Below, one piece after another: positions 1 through 9,432 of a stretch of 64,000 nt of DNA. The stretch's first letter is position 1, and each line of letters opens with the position of its first letter. A model generated the notes under the pieces. The model saw only the letters and a program-made list of their open reading frames with translations. It had not been told where the DNA came from and ran no database searches. The position numbers were made by a program, and so were the translations under genes. This stretch comes from Chryseobacterium aquaticum (GTDB lineage Bacteria; Bacteroidota; Bacteroidia; Flavobacteriales; Weeksellaceae): NCBI RefSeq assembly GCF_036677985.1, contig NZ_JAZDST010000012.1, positions 86,971-150,970 on the forward strand. Direction: 5' to 3'.

Positions 1-2
1 AA

Positions 3-938
3 AATGCTAAAGCTAAATTAAAAGGAAGCTTTATCATGGCGTTAGAGCAGCCTGCAACTATTGCAAGATTTGCCGTTAACCAAAAAGTTCAGGATTTACC
101 TGCTGATTTCTATACCAATTATTTAAAATCGATTGATAAAGTAACTGCAGCAGATGTATCTAAAGCCGTAAAAACGAATATTATGCCTAATCAGAGCAGA
201 ATTTTCATCGCTGGTAAAGCTTCTGATATTTCTGAAGGATTAGAAAAACTGGGTTATCCTGTAAAATATTATGACGCTTATGCAAATCCTGTTGCAAAAC
301 CAACTGCACAAAAAGTTGATGCAAGTGTAACGGTAGCTTCTGTAGTAGATAAATACATTACGGCAATTGGCGGTAAAGCTGCTCTTGATAAAGTTTCTTC
401 TTACACGATGAATGCCTCAATGTCAATGCAAGGTCAGAACATTGATTTCAAAACTATGAAAGCTCAAGGAGGAAAAGAACTCACTTTAGTGACTGCAGGT
501 GGAATGACCGTTCAAAAACAGGTTTTTGACGGAAAAGCTGGTTACTCTGAGCAAATGGGACAAAAAGTTGCCATGACTAAAGAAGAAGTTGCAGAAACAC
601 TTAAAAACACTGAACTTTTCGAAGAATTAGGTTTTGCTAAATCTGCAGATTATAAATTGACCGGTATCGAAAAAATCAACGGAGAAGATTCATATGCAAT
701 TAAATCTGGTGATGAAACTTATTATTACAGTGTGAAAACTGGTTTAAAAACTGGTAAAACTGAAGTTCAGAAAGCTCAAGGACAGACATTTACAATTCCT
801 ACAACTTATTCAGACTATAAAGATGTTGCAGGGGTAAAAATGCCTTACAAAATAACAATAAGTCAGATGGGTATGGATATGACAATGAATGTAAAATCTT
901 ACGAAATAAATCAGGCAAAAGACACTGATTTTAAATAA
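3..938 (+). CDS. M16 family (insulinase/pitrilysin) peptidase, C-terminal part; 5' end lies outside the window
   Basis: Frame is open from base 3 (NAKAKLKGSFIMALEQPATIARFA), a typical M16 C-terminal segment, followed by the VVDKYITAIGGK beta-rich domain common in flavobacterial M16 proteins. Confidence 0.8.
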   Translation, partial: NAKAKLKGSFIMALEQPATIARFAVNQKVQDLPADFYTNYLKSIDKVTAADVSKAVKTNIMPNQSRIFIAGKASDISEGLEKLGYPVKYYDAYANPVAKPTAQKVDASVTVASVVDKYITAIGGKAALDKVSSYTMNASMSMQGQNIDFKTMKAQGGKELTLVTAGGMTVQKQVFDGKAGYSEQMGQKVAMTKEEVAETLKNTELFEELGFAKSADYKLTGIEKINGEDSYAIKSGDETYYYSVKTGLKTGKTEVQKAQGQTFTIPTTYSDYKDVAGVKMPYKITISQMGMDMTMNVKSYEINQAKDTDFK

Positions 939-956
939 GATTAAACAATATCAAAG

Positions 957-985
957 AAAAGCGGTGACAATTGTTACCGCTTTTT
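957..985 (+). terminator. Intrinsic terminator
   Basis: AAAAGCGGTGACAA/TTGTTACCGCTTTTT hairpin with T tract after the stop codon. Confidence 0.85.
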
Positions 986-1061
986 GTTTTTAGTGAAATC
1001 TTATTTTGCGGTTCTGCAAAAAAAACATTAAATTTGCCCATTCAAAAAGATATTAGAATTA

Positions 1062-1409
1062 ATGGATACTATATTTACACTATTGATGGTTCTTATTATG
1101 ATTGCCAGCGTTTTATTGGTAATCGTTGTTATGGCTCAAAACCCTAAAGGTGGCGGTCTTTCAAGTACATTCGGAGGTGCATCTTCTGCGCAGTTTGGAG
1201 TACAGAGAACGAACGACTTTATGGAAAAGTCTACATGGACTTTGGGAGCGACAATCATCGTTCTTATCTTAATCAGCGTAGTTATTACAGGGAAACCTAA
1301 ACAAGCTGCAACGGGAGTTCCACCAATGCCAAAAACTGAAGCTCCTGCTAAGCAAACAGCTCCTGCTTCTAAGACTACAACTCCGGTAAGTGTTCCGGCA
1401 ACTAAATAA
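1062..1409 (+). CDS. secG: Preprotein translocase subunit SecG
   Basis: QNPKGGGLSSTFGG motif between two TM helices, then DFMEKSTW; TAAATTTG promoter element at 1029-1036. Confidence 0.95.
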   Translation: MDTIFTLLMVLIMIASVLLVIVVMAQNPKGGGLSSTFGGASSAQFGVQRTNDFMEKSTWTLGATIIVLILISVVITGKPKQAATGVPPMPKTEAPAKQTAPASKTTTPVSVPATK

Positions 1410-1432
1410 GAAATTATTTTTCAAGATAAAAC

Positions 1433-1464
1433 AAAAGCAACTCAAATAATTGAGTTGCTTTTTT
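1433..1464. terminator. Bidirectional terminator between secG and the GT2 gene
   Basis: AAAAGCAACTCAA-ATAA-TTGAGTTGCTTTTTT. Confidence 0.85.
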
Positions 1465-2302
1465 ATTTGAGTTTAATAAGCTCTATTTTATGTCTTAATT
1501 TTAAACCAGCTCTTAAAAATGAATATTGTAAAGATTTGTCTTCTTTGTAATATTTATCAATAAAAATCTGCATCGCCCCATAAAATCTTTCAAGATAAAC
1601 CTCATTTTTTATCGTACTTTCACCTTTGTGATGAAGAATAGAAGCCTTTCCGTAGTAATAATTCTGATATCCATTTTTCAGTAAAGTATAACACAAATCA
1701 ATATCTTCGCCGTACATGAAATATCTTTCATCCAGACCGCCAACTTTTTGGTAAACTTCTTTTTTAACAAGAAAAAATGCTCCTGTAATCACTTCTACTT
1801 CAGCATTTTCAAATTCTCCCACATCATTTCTGTAATATGATTTTGAATTTTTCTTTTTAAAATTGGTAAACAGTTTTTCAAAAGAATTGAACATATCCGG
1901 AACAGAACGTTTGCTTTCCGGTAGAAAGTTTCCTTTGGCATCATGCATTCTCACGCCAAGACAGCCAAAATTATTTTTAGAATCAGCAAAATTTAAGATT
2001 TCTTTTAAATAAAAGCCTTCCAGTTCTGTATCGGGATTTAAAATTAAAAGATATTCACCTTCTGCAGTTTCTATAGCTTTATTATTAGCAACTGCAAAAC
2101 CTTCATTTTTTTCTGATGCAATAAAATGAACTTTCGGAAACTCAGGAATAAGATCTCCCCACGAACTGTCGGTAGATTTATTATCAATAACAATAACTTC
2201 ATAATCAATATCTTTTGCATATTTTTCAATAGAAAGCAAACAGTTTTTCAGAAGTTGAGTTACATTATAATTAACGATAATGATTGAAAGTTTTTTACTC
2301 AT
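1463..2302 (-). CDS. Glycosyltransferase family 2 (WbbL-like)
   Basis: LSIIIVNYN, VIDNKSTD, ILNPDT and FMYGEDIDLC motifs; start re-set to MSKKLS at 2302. Confidence 0.9.
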   Translation of the reverse strand: MSKKLSIIIVNYNVTQLLKNCLLSIEKYAKDIDYEVIVIDNKSTDSSWGDLIPEFPKVHFIASEKNEGFAVANNKAIETAEGEYLLILNPDTELEGFYLKEILNFADSKNNFGCLGVRMHDAKGNFLPESKRSVPDMFNSFEKLFTNFKKKNSKSYYRNDVGEFENAEVEVITGAFFLVKKEVYQKVGGLDERYFMYGEDIDLCYTLLKNGYQNYYYGKASILHHKGESTIKNEVYLERFYGAMQIFIDKYYKEDKSLQYSFLRAGLKLRHKIELIKLK

Positions 2303-2303
2303 T

Positions 2304-2915
2304 TTAATCCTTTTCGTTATACGGAAGTCTGTTGGTGATTGATCTTCCCAAAGAAATTTCGTCGGCATATTCCAATTCATCTCCTACAGAAATTCCTCTT
2401 GCGATACTTGAAAATTCAATCCCTGAATTTTTGAATTTTTTGTAAATATAATAAGCTGTAGTATCGCCTTCCATGGTTGCACTAAGAGCAAAAATAAACT
2501 CTTTGGCAAGACCTTGCTGTAATTTTCTTTCAATACTTGGAATATTCAACTGATTGGGTCCTACTCCTTCCATCGGCGAAATTTTCCCTCCTAAAATCAA
2601 ATATTTTCCTCTGTATTTTCCTGTATTTTCTATAGCAATCACATCACGTACATCTTCTACAATACAAATCAGCTCATCACTTCGTTTATCATTGCTGCAG
2701 ATTTCGCAAATTTCGAAATCAGAAAAGTTGTGACATTCTTTACAGTATTTAATTTCGTTCACCAGATTGATGATTGAATTTCCCAAACTTGTCGCTCTGG
2801 AGTTGGGCTGTTTAAGTAAATGAAGCGCAAGACGCAAAGCTGTTTTCTTCCCGATTCCCGGAAGTCCCGAGATTTCTTCAACCGCTTTTGCCAATACTTT
2901 ACTTGGATAATCCAT
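2304..2915 (-). CDS. recR: Recombination mediator RecR
   Basis: [13 protein letters not shown] HhH motif, C4 zinc finger (CKECHN...CEIC), Toprim [21 protein letters not shown]. Confidence 0.97.
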   Translation of the reverse strand: MDYPSKVLAKAVEEISGLPGIGKKTALRLALHLLKQPNSRATSLGNSIINLVNEIKYCKECHNFSDFEICEICSNDKRSDELICIVEDVRDVIAIENTGKYRGKYLILGGKISPMEGVGPNQLNIPSIERKLQQGLAKEFIFALSATMEGDTTAYYIYKKFKNSGIEFSSIARGISVGDELEYADEISLGRSITNRLPYNEKD

Positions 2916-3076
2916 AACACAAAAATAAGAATTATAGTTGAGAATTTTGACGTTTAAACGGTTCGAAACAATAGATTTTGGATTTAAAAAAAATTAATTC
3001 TTATATGTTTAATCTTAAAATTATTTAAAACCCTTATCTTTGATCATCAAAATATTAAACAGAAAAATAAACTTAA

Positions 3077-3679
3077 ATGATCCTAAACAATCTTAATTAT
3101 CCGTTAGATTTTAAATTTAAAATTACTACGCTTGCCAGCGATTTCAACATCACAGACAAAAACGGAAACTACGTAGCTTATGTACGTCAGAAAATGTTTA
3201 AACTGAAGGAAGATGTTATCGTTTTTAATGACGAAAGCAAAACTAAAGAACTTTTCAGGATACAGGCAAATCAATGGATTGATTTTAATGCGTCTTATTC
3301 TATAAAAGATACGATAGGAAAAAATTTCGGAAGACTGGCAAGAAAAGGAATGCGTTCTCTTTGGAAATCGACTTACAATGTTCTGGACGAATCTGACCAG
3401 CCAAAATTTGAAATTAAAGAAGACAATGCATGGGTAAAATTTTTCGACGGAATCGTAAGCGACATTCCTGTCATCGGAATGTTTACAGGATATTTCCTTA
3501 ACCCGACATATACTGTAAAAGGGATGAATGGTAAAGAATATTTTAAATTAAAGAAAATGCCTTCCATGTTTGGAAGAAGATTTCAACTGGACAGGTTGAT
3601 TGATATTGATGACGAAGACGAAAGTTTAGTCGTTTTATCCTTACTAATGATGGTTCTTCTTGAAAGATCACGAGGATAA
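3077..3679 (+). CDS. LURP-one/scramblase-like hypothetical protein
   Basis: FKFKITTLASDFNITD, YVRQKMFKLKEDV and a hydrophobic C-terminal helix. Confidence 0.6.
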   Translation: MILNNLNYPLDFKFKITTLASDFNITDKNGNYVAYVRQKMFKLKEDVIVFNDESKTKELFRIQANQWIDFNASYSIKDTIGKNFGRLARKGMRSLWKSTYNVLDESDQPKFEIKEDNAWVKFFDGIVSDIPVIGMFTGYFLNPTYTVKGMNGKEYFKLKKMPSMFGRRFQLDRLIDIDDEDESLVVLSLLMMVLLERSRG

Positions 3680-3753
3680 AAGTTTACCTGATTCATACTT
3701 AAAATGGTGGCTTGCATTTTGTGGCGCTTTTTTAAAAATTTAAACTTCAATTT

Positions 3754-4245
3754 ATGAAATACCTTATTATTTTGTTTTCAGCTTTTACATTAATTGCCTG
3801 CAAAAAAGACAAAGAAACCGTTTCAGATTCTAAACCTACAGATTCTTTGAGTATTGTTAAGGATTCTTCGAATATCGAGTCTAAAGCTTCTAATGTTTTA
3901 GTTGATGTATTTCCTTTTCCACCAGAAATTAAAGAATGTTCTTGTTATTTTGCAAAAAATAAAGCCGATTTCGAAAACGAAAAATATATTTATGCCGATG
4001 ATGCGGGAAAAACTGCGTACATGAAGCTTGACGGTAAAAGAATCGCAATGAATCTGATTTCCTCAAGCGATATGGAAGTAGATGAAGAATTAACCAAAGA
4101 AATAGAAAACGAGAATTATAAAATTTCTGTAAAGGGTAAAAAAATAAAAAACGAAGAAGTTTTACTCTTTGAAGGCACTTTAACAATTACAAAACCAGAT
4201 GGAAGCGTTACTACAATGCCAATTTATGGTGAATGTGGATGTTAG
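3754..4245 (+). CDS. Hypothetical lipoprotein
   Basis: Lipobox-like LIAC after a short signal peptide; Cys motifs ECSCYF and terminal GECGC. Confidence 0.7.
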   Translation: MKYLIILFSAFTLIACKKDKETVSDSKPTDSLSIVKDSSNIESKASNVLVDVFPFPPEIKECSCYFAKNKADFENEKYIYADDAGKTAYMKLDGKRIAMNLISSSDMEVDEELTKEIENENYKISVKGKKIKNEEVLLFEGTLTITKPDGSVTTMPIYGECGC

Positions 4246-4411
4246 TTTGCTTCTAGCTTCCAGCAAAAATACTGCTCCTGAATTTCGGGAGCATTTTTAA
4301 TTTTATATGTATTTTTTATTTTTTTATTTGTCATATGCAATCGCCGAGTTTTAGTTGGTATTATCGTTTTTAAATCATCGCGATTTCGTAATTTTGATAA
4401 AAATAAATTTT

Positions 4412-5857
4412 ATGGAACTATCAAACATAGAACCGCAAATCATTTGGAAAAATTTCTCTAAACTGAATGCTGTTCCGAGACCTTCTAAAAAGGAAGAAAA
4501 AGTAATCGCTTTTATTAAAGATTTCGGTGAAAATTTAGGTTTAGAAACCACAGTTGATGAAGTAGGAAATGTCATAATTAAAAAACCTGCCACAGCAGGA
4601 ATGGAAAACCGCAAATCTATTGTGATGCAGTCTCACCTGGATATGGTTTGCCAGAAAAACAACGATGTAAATTTCGATTTTGAAACTCAGGGAATTCAAA
4701 TGGAAGTTGATGGAGACTGGGTAAAAGCAAAAGGAACAACTTTGGGGGCAGACAATGGTTTGGGAGTTGCGACAATCATGTCGATTCTTGAAAGTTCAGA
4801 TATTCCGCATCCTGATCTGGAAGCTCTTTTTACAATTGACGAAGAAACGGGAATGACGGGAGCTTTAGGCTTAAAACCAGGACAATTAACCGGACAGATT
4901 CTTTTAAATCTTGATACGGAAGAAGATGATGAAATCGACATTGGATGTGCCGGTGGAATTGATGTAACAGTAAGCCAAAATTATCCTACAGAAGCTACGA
5001 AAGGACAAATTTTACGAATTGAAGTAAAAGGTTTACAAGGAGGACACTCCGGAATGGATATTCATAAAGGTTTCGGAAATGCCAATATTATTTTAGGCAG
5101 AATTCTTTACAAGGCTTTGGAAAATCAAAACGTTCAGTTGATTTCAATTGATGGAGGAAGTTTGAGAAATGCAATTCCAAGAGAAGCTGTCGCTTTAATT
5201 TCTGTAAGAAATGCAAACGAGTTTATTGAGACTGTAACAGGAGGCATTAAAAAAGAAATTTTAGAAGAGTTTGCTTCTCTTGAAGCCGGACTTCAGATTA
5301 ACATCGAAAATTCTACAACATCTGAGAAAGGTCTTTCCGAAGAAGATTCAAAGAGAATTGTTTTGGTTCTTAAATCTCTTCACAACGGCGTTTACAGAAT
5401 GAGTCCGGATGTTCAGGATTTGGTAGAATCTTCAAACAATGTTGCAAGAGTAGAATTAAAAGATGGTGGTTTGAAAATCTTAAACCTTTCAAGATCATCT
5501 GTAGATTCATCCAAAGATTCTGTTGCCGAACAGTTAAAATCGGTTTCAGAACTGGCAGGAATGAATGTAGAATTCAGCGGTTCTTATCCCGGTTGGAAAC
5601 CAAAACCAGGCTCTGAAATCGTTCAGATGATGGAAAAAATTTACACCGAAAAATTTGCAGAAAAACCTCACGTTGTTGCATGTCACGCAGGTTTGGAATG
5701 TGGAATCATAGGTGCGAATTATCCTGAGATGGAAATGGTAAGTTACGGACCTACGATTCGTGGAGCGCATTCTCCTGACGAAAAAGCAAACATTTCTTCC
5801 ACACAAAAATTCTGGGCTTTCACTAAAGATATTTTAGCGAATATTCCTTTGAAATAA
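4412..5857 (+). CDS. pepD: Aminoacyl-histidine dipeptidase (M20C)
   Basis: QSHLDMVCQK, TTLGADNGLG, DEETGMTGA, GGHSGMDIH and HAGLECG motifs; start re-set to MELSNIEP at 4412. Confidence 0.95.
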   Translation: MELSNIEPQIIWKNFSKLNAVPRPSKKEEKVIAFIKDFGENLGLETTVDEVGNVIIKKPATAGMENRKSIVMQSHLDMVCQKNNDVNFDFETQGIQMEVDGDWVKAKGTTLGADNGLGVATIMSILESSDIPHPDLEALFTIDEETGMTGALGLKPGQLTGQILLNLDTEEDDEIDIGCAGGIDVTVSQNYPTEATKGQILRIEVKGLQGGHSGMDIHKGFGNANIILGRILYKALENQNVQLISIDGGSLRNAIPREAVALISVRNANEFIETVTGGIKKEILEEFASLEAGLQINIENSTTSEKGLSEEDSKRIVLVLKSLHNGVYRMSPDVQDLVESSNNVARVELKDGGLKILNLSRSSVDSSKDSVAEQLKSVSELAGMNVEFSGSYPGWKPKPGSEIVQMMEKIYTEKFAEKPHVVACHAGLECGIIGANYPEMEMVSYGPTIRGAHSPDEKANISSTQKFWAFTKDILANIPLK

Positions 5858-6000
5858 AATTTTAAAATATAATTTGAATCTCCAAAGTCATTTGATTTTG
5901 GAGATTTTTAGTTTTAGGAAAAAATACAAAATAGTAATGTAGATAAAAAAACTCCCAGAGAAAATCTTCAGGAGTTTTTTATATTATTTAAATAAAATTT

Positions 6001-6330
6001 CTACGGATAGGGAGCAATTTCCACTTCAAGACCTTCCATTTCTTCTGCAATGTGAAGCTGACAACCCAATCTGCTGTTTTCTTTCACATGGAAAGCTTCA
6101 CCAAGCATCGCATCTTCTTCATCACTCATTGCTTCCAATCCTGGATCGCTGATTACGTAAACCTGACAAGAAGCGCACATTGCCATTCCGCCGCAAACCC
6201 CGATTGTTCCTTCTTCTGCCAATTCGTAAGAACGGATGATTTCCATTAAATTCATGGACATATCTGTTGGAGCAACAATATCGTGAGTTACGCCTTCTCT
6301 ATCGGTTATTTTTATATTTATATCGCTCAT
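6001..6330 (-). CDS. 2Fe-2S ferredoxin
   Basis: CGGMAMCASC...SRLGCQ cluster ligands. Confidence 0.92.
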   Translation of the reverse strand: MSDINIKITDREGVTHDIVAPTDMSMNLMEIIRSYELAEEGTIGVCGGMAMCASCQVYVISDPGLEAMSDEEDAMLGEAFHVKENSRLGCQLHIAEEMEGLEVEIAPYP

Positions 6331-6412
6331 TTTGGTGATAATTGATGGTTGATGGTTGATGGTTTCTGTCTTACTGACAACTGATAACCAACAACTAACA
6401 ACTAAATAATAA
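6331..6412. repeat. Heptamer tandem repeats forming an imperfect hairpin
   Basis: TTGATGG x3 (6342-6362) facing five ACYRAYA-like heptamers (6373-6407). Confidence 0.75.
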
Positions 6413-7468
6413 TTAATCTATTTTCTTCACAACTGCTTTTTCGGCTTCTTTACGGCTTCCGTCGAAACCATCTACTCCACTTACCGTTGTGTATTTAAGG
6501 ACGAATTTTTTACCCGGGTTTAATCTGTTATAAACACTTTGACACATTAAAGTTGCCTCGTGGAAACCGCAAAGAATCAGTTTTAATTTTCCAGGATATG
6601 TATTGATATCTCCGATTGCATAGATACCATCTATATTTGTCTGATAATCTAAAGAATTATTAACTACGATTGCATTTTTCTCGATATTCAATCCCCAATT
6701 TCCGATCTCTCCTAATTTTGGAGTTAATCCGAAAAGCGGAATAAAATAATCTGTTTCAATATCGTAAGCTTCCTGTCCGTCAACGGCAACAGTAATTGCT
6801 TCTACTTTACCGTCACCTTTTATTGCAGTAACTTCTGCCGGAGTAATTAGTTTAATTTTACCTTGATTTTTCAGATCCTGCACTTTTTCTACAGAATCCA
6901 AAGCTCCACGGAATTCATTTCTTCTGTGGATTAAAGTAACTTCGCTTGCAACATTCGACAAGAAAACGCTCCAGTCTAAAGCAGAATCTCCACCACCGGC
7001 AATTACCACTTTTTTGTTTCTGAAATGTTCCGGCTCTTTTACGAAATATTCAAGACCTTTTTCTTCATAATCTCCAATATTTTCCATTGTCGGTTTTCTT
7101 GGCTCAAAAGTTCCCAAACCACCAGCAATTGCAATTGCTTTACATCGGTGTACAGTTCCTTTATTAGTAACAACTTCAAACCATTCTTCGTCTACTTTTG
7201 TATAAGAAACAGCTGTTTCTCCCAATGTAAAACCTGGCTGAAACTGCTTAATCTGCTCCATTAAATTATCTACCAATTCACCTGCATTTACAGACGGATA
7301 ACCAGGAATATCGAAAATAGGTTTCTTAGGATACAACTCTGCCAATTGACCTCCCGGTTGTGGAAGTGCATCAATGATATGGCATTTCATTTTTAGCAAA
7401 CCTGCTTCAAAAACAGCAAAAAGTCCTGTTGGTCCCGCTCCAATAATCAATATGTCTGTCGTTATCAT
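6413..7468 (-). CDS. Ferredoxin-NADP+ reductase (thioredoxin reductase-like flavoprotein)
   Basis: GAGPTGLFA FAD-binding motif, GGGDSALDW, AIGDINTYPGKLKLILCGFHEA; co-oriented with the ferredoxin. Confidence 0.9.
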   Translation of the reverse strand: MITTDILIIGAGPTGLFAVFEAGLLKMKCHIIDALPQPGGQLAELYPKKPIFDIPGYPSVNAGELVDNLMEQIKQFQPGFTLGETAVSYTKVDEEWFEVVTNKGTVHRCKAIAIAGGLGTFEPRKPTMENIGDYEEKGLEYFVKEPEHFRNKKVVIAGGGDSALDWSVFLSNVASEVTLIHRRNEFRGALDSVEKVQDLKNQGKIKLITPAEVTAIKGDGKVEAITVAVDGQEAYDIETDYFIPLFGLTPKLGEIGNWGLNIEKNAIVVNNSLDYQTNIDGIYAIGDINTYPGKLKLILCGFHEATLMCQSVYNRLNPGKKFVLKYTTVSGVDGFDGSRKEAEKAVVKKID

Positions 7469-7621
7469 AATATTCAGATAATTTAATTGTATGTAACTGC
7501 AAATTTACTAATTTTAATGCGAAGCATATTTATTGAGATTAAATAAAAAACTGAGATTTATCAAATCTCGTACGTACAGAACCTGCTTTTTATTTGGCAG
7601 TGTTTTTGTAAAATTTATATT

Positions 7622-8392
7622 ATGAAAAAATTATTTTATATTACGACATTATTTGTTTTCATTTTTGGCAAGAGCCAGATTACAAATATCAATGACGGAG
7701 AATCTTTATCACTTAGAATTCATTACGGCTTTTTAACGGCAGGATCTGCCAATCTTACTGCAAAAAAAACAAATTACAAAGGCGTTCCTCATCTTTATGT
7801 GAAAGGAACAGGACAAACATCTGGTGCAGTGAAGGCTTTTTTTAAAGTTGAAGACTTATATGAAAGTTACATTGATATGCAGACAGAACTTCCCAGTTAC
7901 TATGTAAGAAATGTAAAAGAAGGAAGCTATACACAACATTTGCAGACCACTTTCAACCATGACAACAATACTTTAATTTTAACCGATAAAAAGAATCCTG
8001 CAAATGGTTCTAAAACTATAAAATCTGTAAAAGGTGTTCAGGATATGCTTTCATGCTTCTATTTTTTGAGAAGTAAAACTCCTGCAGAACTAAGAACAGG
8101 TACAGTTTTTAACATGAATGTCTGGATTGATGACGAAATGTTTCCGTTTCAGTTAAAAGTGGTGGGAACAGAAAATTTAAAAACAAAATTCGGGACGATT
8201 AATGCTTTGAAGATCATTCCTTCTGTGAAAAGCGGAAGAGTTTTTAAAGAAAAAGAAGGAGTTACGATGTGGGTTTCTAATGATGCGAATCATATTCCAT
8301 TGTTACTGAAAGCAGAATTAGCAGTAGGATCTTTAAAAGCAAGTATTGACAGCTATAAAAACGTAAAGTATCCTTTGAAGTTTATTAAATAA
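7622..8392 (+). CDS. DUF3108-type secreted protein
   Basis: Signal peptide; GESLSLRIHYGFLTAG, FFKVEDLYESY and QDMLSCFY resemble DUF3108 proteins. Confidence 0.75.
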   Translation: MKKLFYITTLFVFIFGKSQITNINDGESLSLRIHYGFLTAGSANLTAKKTNYKGVPHLYVKGTGQTSGAVKAFFKVEDLYESYIDMQTELPSYYVRNVKEGSYTQHLQTTFNHDNNTLILTDKKNPANGSKTIKSVKGVQDMLSCFYFLRSKTPAELRTGTVFNMNVWIDDEMFPFQLKVVGTENLKTKFGTINALKIIPSVKSGRVFKEKEGVTMWVSNDANHIPLLLKAELAVGSLKASIDSYKNVKYPLKFIK

Positions 8393-8414
8393 ATTAATCA
8401 CAAAAATTGAAAAT

Positions 8415-8450
8415 AATAAGAGCGATTTCTTGACAGAAATCGCTCTTATT
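8415..8450. terminator. Strong hairpin terminator after the DUF3108 gene, probably bidirectional
   Basis: Perfect 16-bp stem AATAAGAGCGATTTCT-TGAC-AGAAATCGCTCTTATT. Confidence 0.8.
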
Positions 8451-8532
8451 AAATATTAAGGTTAATTATAGGATGTTTATTTTAGGTAATCATGAATATT
8501 AATTAAAAATTCAGATCTTTTTAAATTTTCCT

Positions 8533-8767
8533 GTATCGGTCACAGAGCTTGAAAGCTCTGCGACTATACTAAGGGTTTTAACAATTGTGTTTTTTAGAAT
8601 CGTTTCCGAATTTTTTTTCTGAGTTTAAGTATAATTTACAGAGCCTTTCGACTCTGTAAAAATACTTTGGCTTTTTATCATTTGTGTTTATACCTCCCCA
8701 AACCAAAAAATATTGGTTCCGATACTAATCTATATTTTTGTAAAGATGATTAGTGACATTTATCTTG
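8533..8767 (-). ncRNA. Putative structured small RNA, copy 1
   Basis: Downstream of a TATTTTTG element; four hairpins fold better on the minus strand; ends approximate. Confidence 0.65.
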
Positions 8768-8770
8768 AGA

Positions 8771-8850
8771 CAAAAATACGAACATCACAATATACAAATC
8801 CAGCAAAGCTTATCGATAAATGTCGATTTCATTGTAGATATTTATCTACA
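8771..8850 (-). promoter_or_regulatory. Promoter plus two 18-bp palindromic boxes, copy 1
   Basis: -7 element TATTTTTG (8771-8778), TTTG 16 nt upstream; boxes TATCGATAAATGTCGATT (8811-8828) and perfect 8-2-8 inverted repeat TGTAGATATTTATCTACA (8833-8850). Confidence 0.75.
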
Positions 8851-8996
8851 AAAATTACACTTAATGGGTTTTAAAATACATCATTTAATAAAAACATTAC
8901 AAAAGCAATTTCCCGAAAGAAATCACTCTTGTAAATATTAATTTAGTTGTTGAATGTTTTTAATTGATAAAAACCAGATATTCTGATTTTCTTAAT

Positions 8997-9215
8997 TATC
9001 GCGAAACCTGTAGATTCTGTGATATAAAAAAGGTTGTAATGATTGTAGCTTTAGAATCGTTTTCGTTTTTTCTCAAGGTTAAGTATAATTTACAGAGCCT
9101 TTCGACTCTGCAAAAAATACTTGTGTTTTTTCATTTGTGTTTTTACCTCCCCAACCAAAAATTCTTGGTTACGATACCAATCTATTTTGAACGATGATTA
9201 GTAACATTTTTCTTG
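8997..9215 (-). ncRNA. Putative structured small RNA, copy 2 (distal hairpin diverged)
   Basis: Same P1/P2/motif/P3 architecture as copy 1; ends approximate. Confidence 0.6.
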
Positions 9216-9218
9216 AGA

Positions 9219-9298
9219 CAAAAGTAGTAACATCATGATATACAAAGCCAATAAATCATGTCGATAGATATCGAACCAGCTGTAGATATTTATCGACA
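9219..9298 (-). promoter_or_regulatory. Promoter plus two 18-bp palindromic boxes, copy 2
   Basis: TACTTTTG (9219-9226); boxes TGTCGATAGATATCGAAC (9259-9276) and TGTAGATATTTATCGACA (9281-9298). Confidence 0.75.
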
Positions 9299-9432
9299 AA
9301 ATGATTTAAAAAACTTTAAAATTTAAATGAAATATTCGCAGTAGCCATTTTTGGACAGAACCGCTTTTCTAAATATTGAAATTTTTTATGGAGTTTTCTG
9401 ATATGATAGAAATTCAAAAAATTGAATTCCTT

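Noticed and set aside
7545-7570. GAGATTT-ATC-AAATCTC palindrome between the reductase and DUF3108 promoters
   Set aside because: Single instance that does not match the tandem-unit boxes; cannot be assigned to a regulator
9146-9150. GGAGG as a classical Shine-Dalgarno sequence for the small ORFs
   Set aside because: Bacteroidota ribosomes largely ignore SD sequences (anti-SD sequestered; a variant anti-SD is reported in Chryseobacterium relatives), and ordinary genes in this window lack GGAGG
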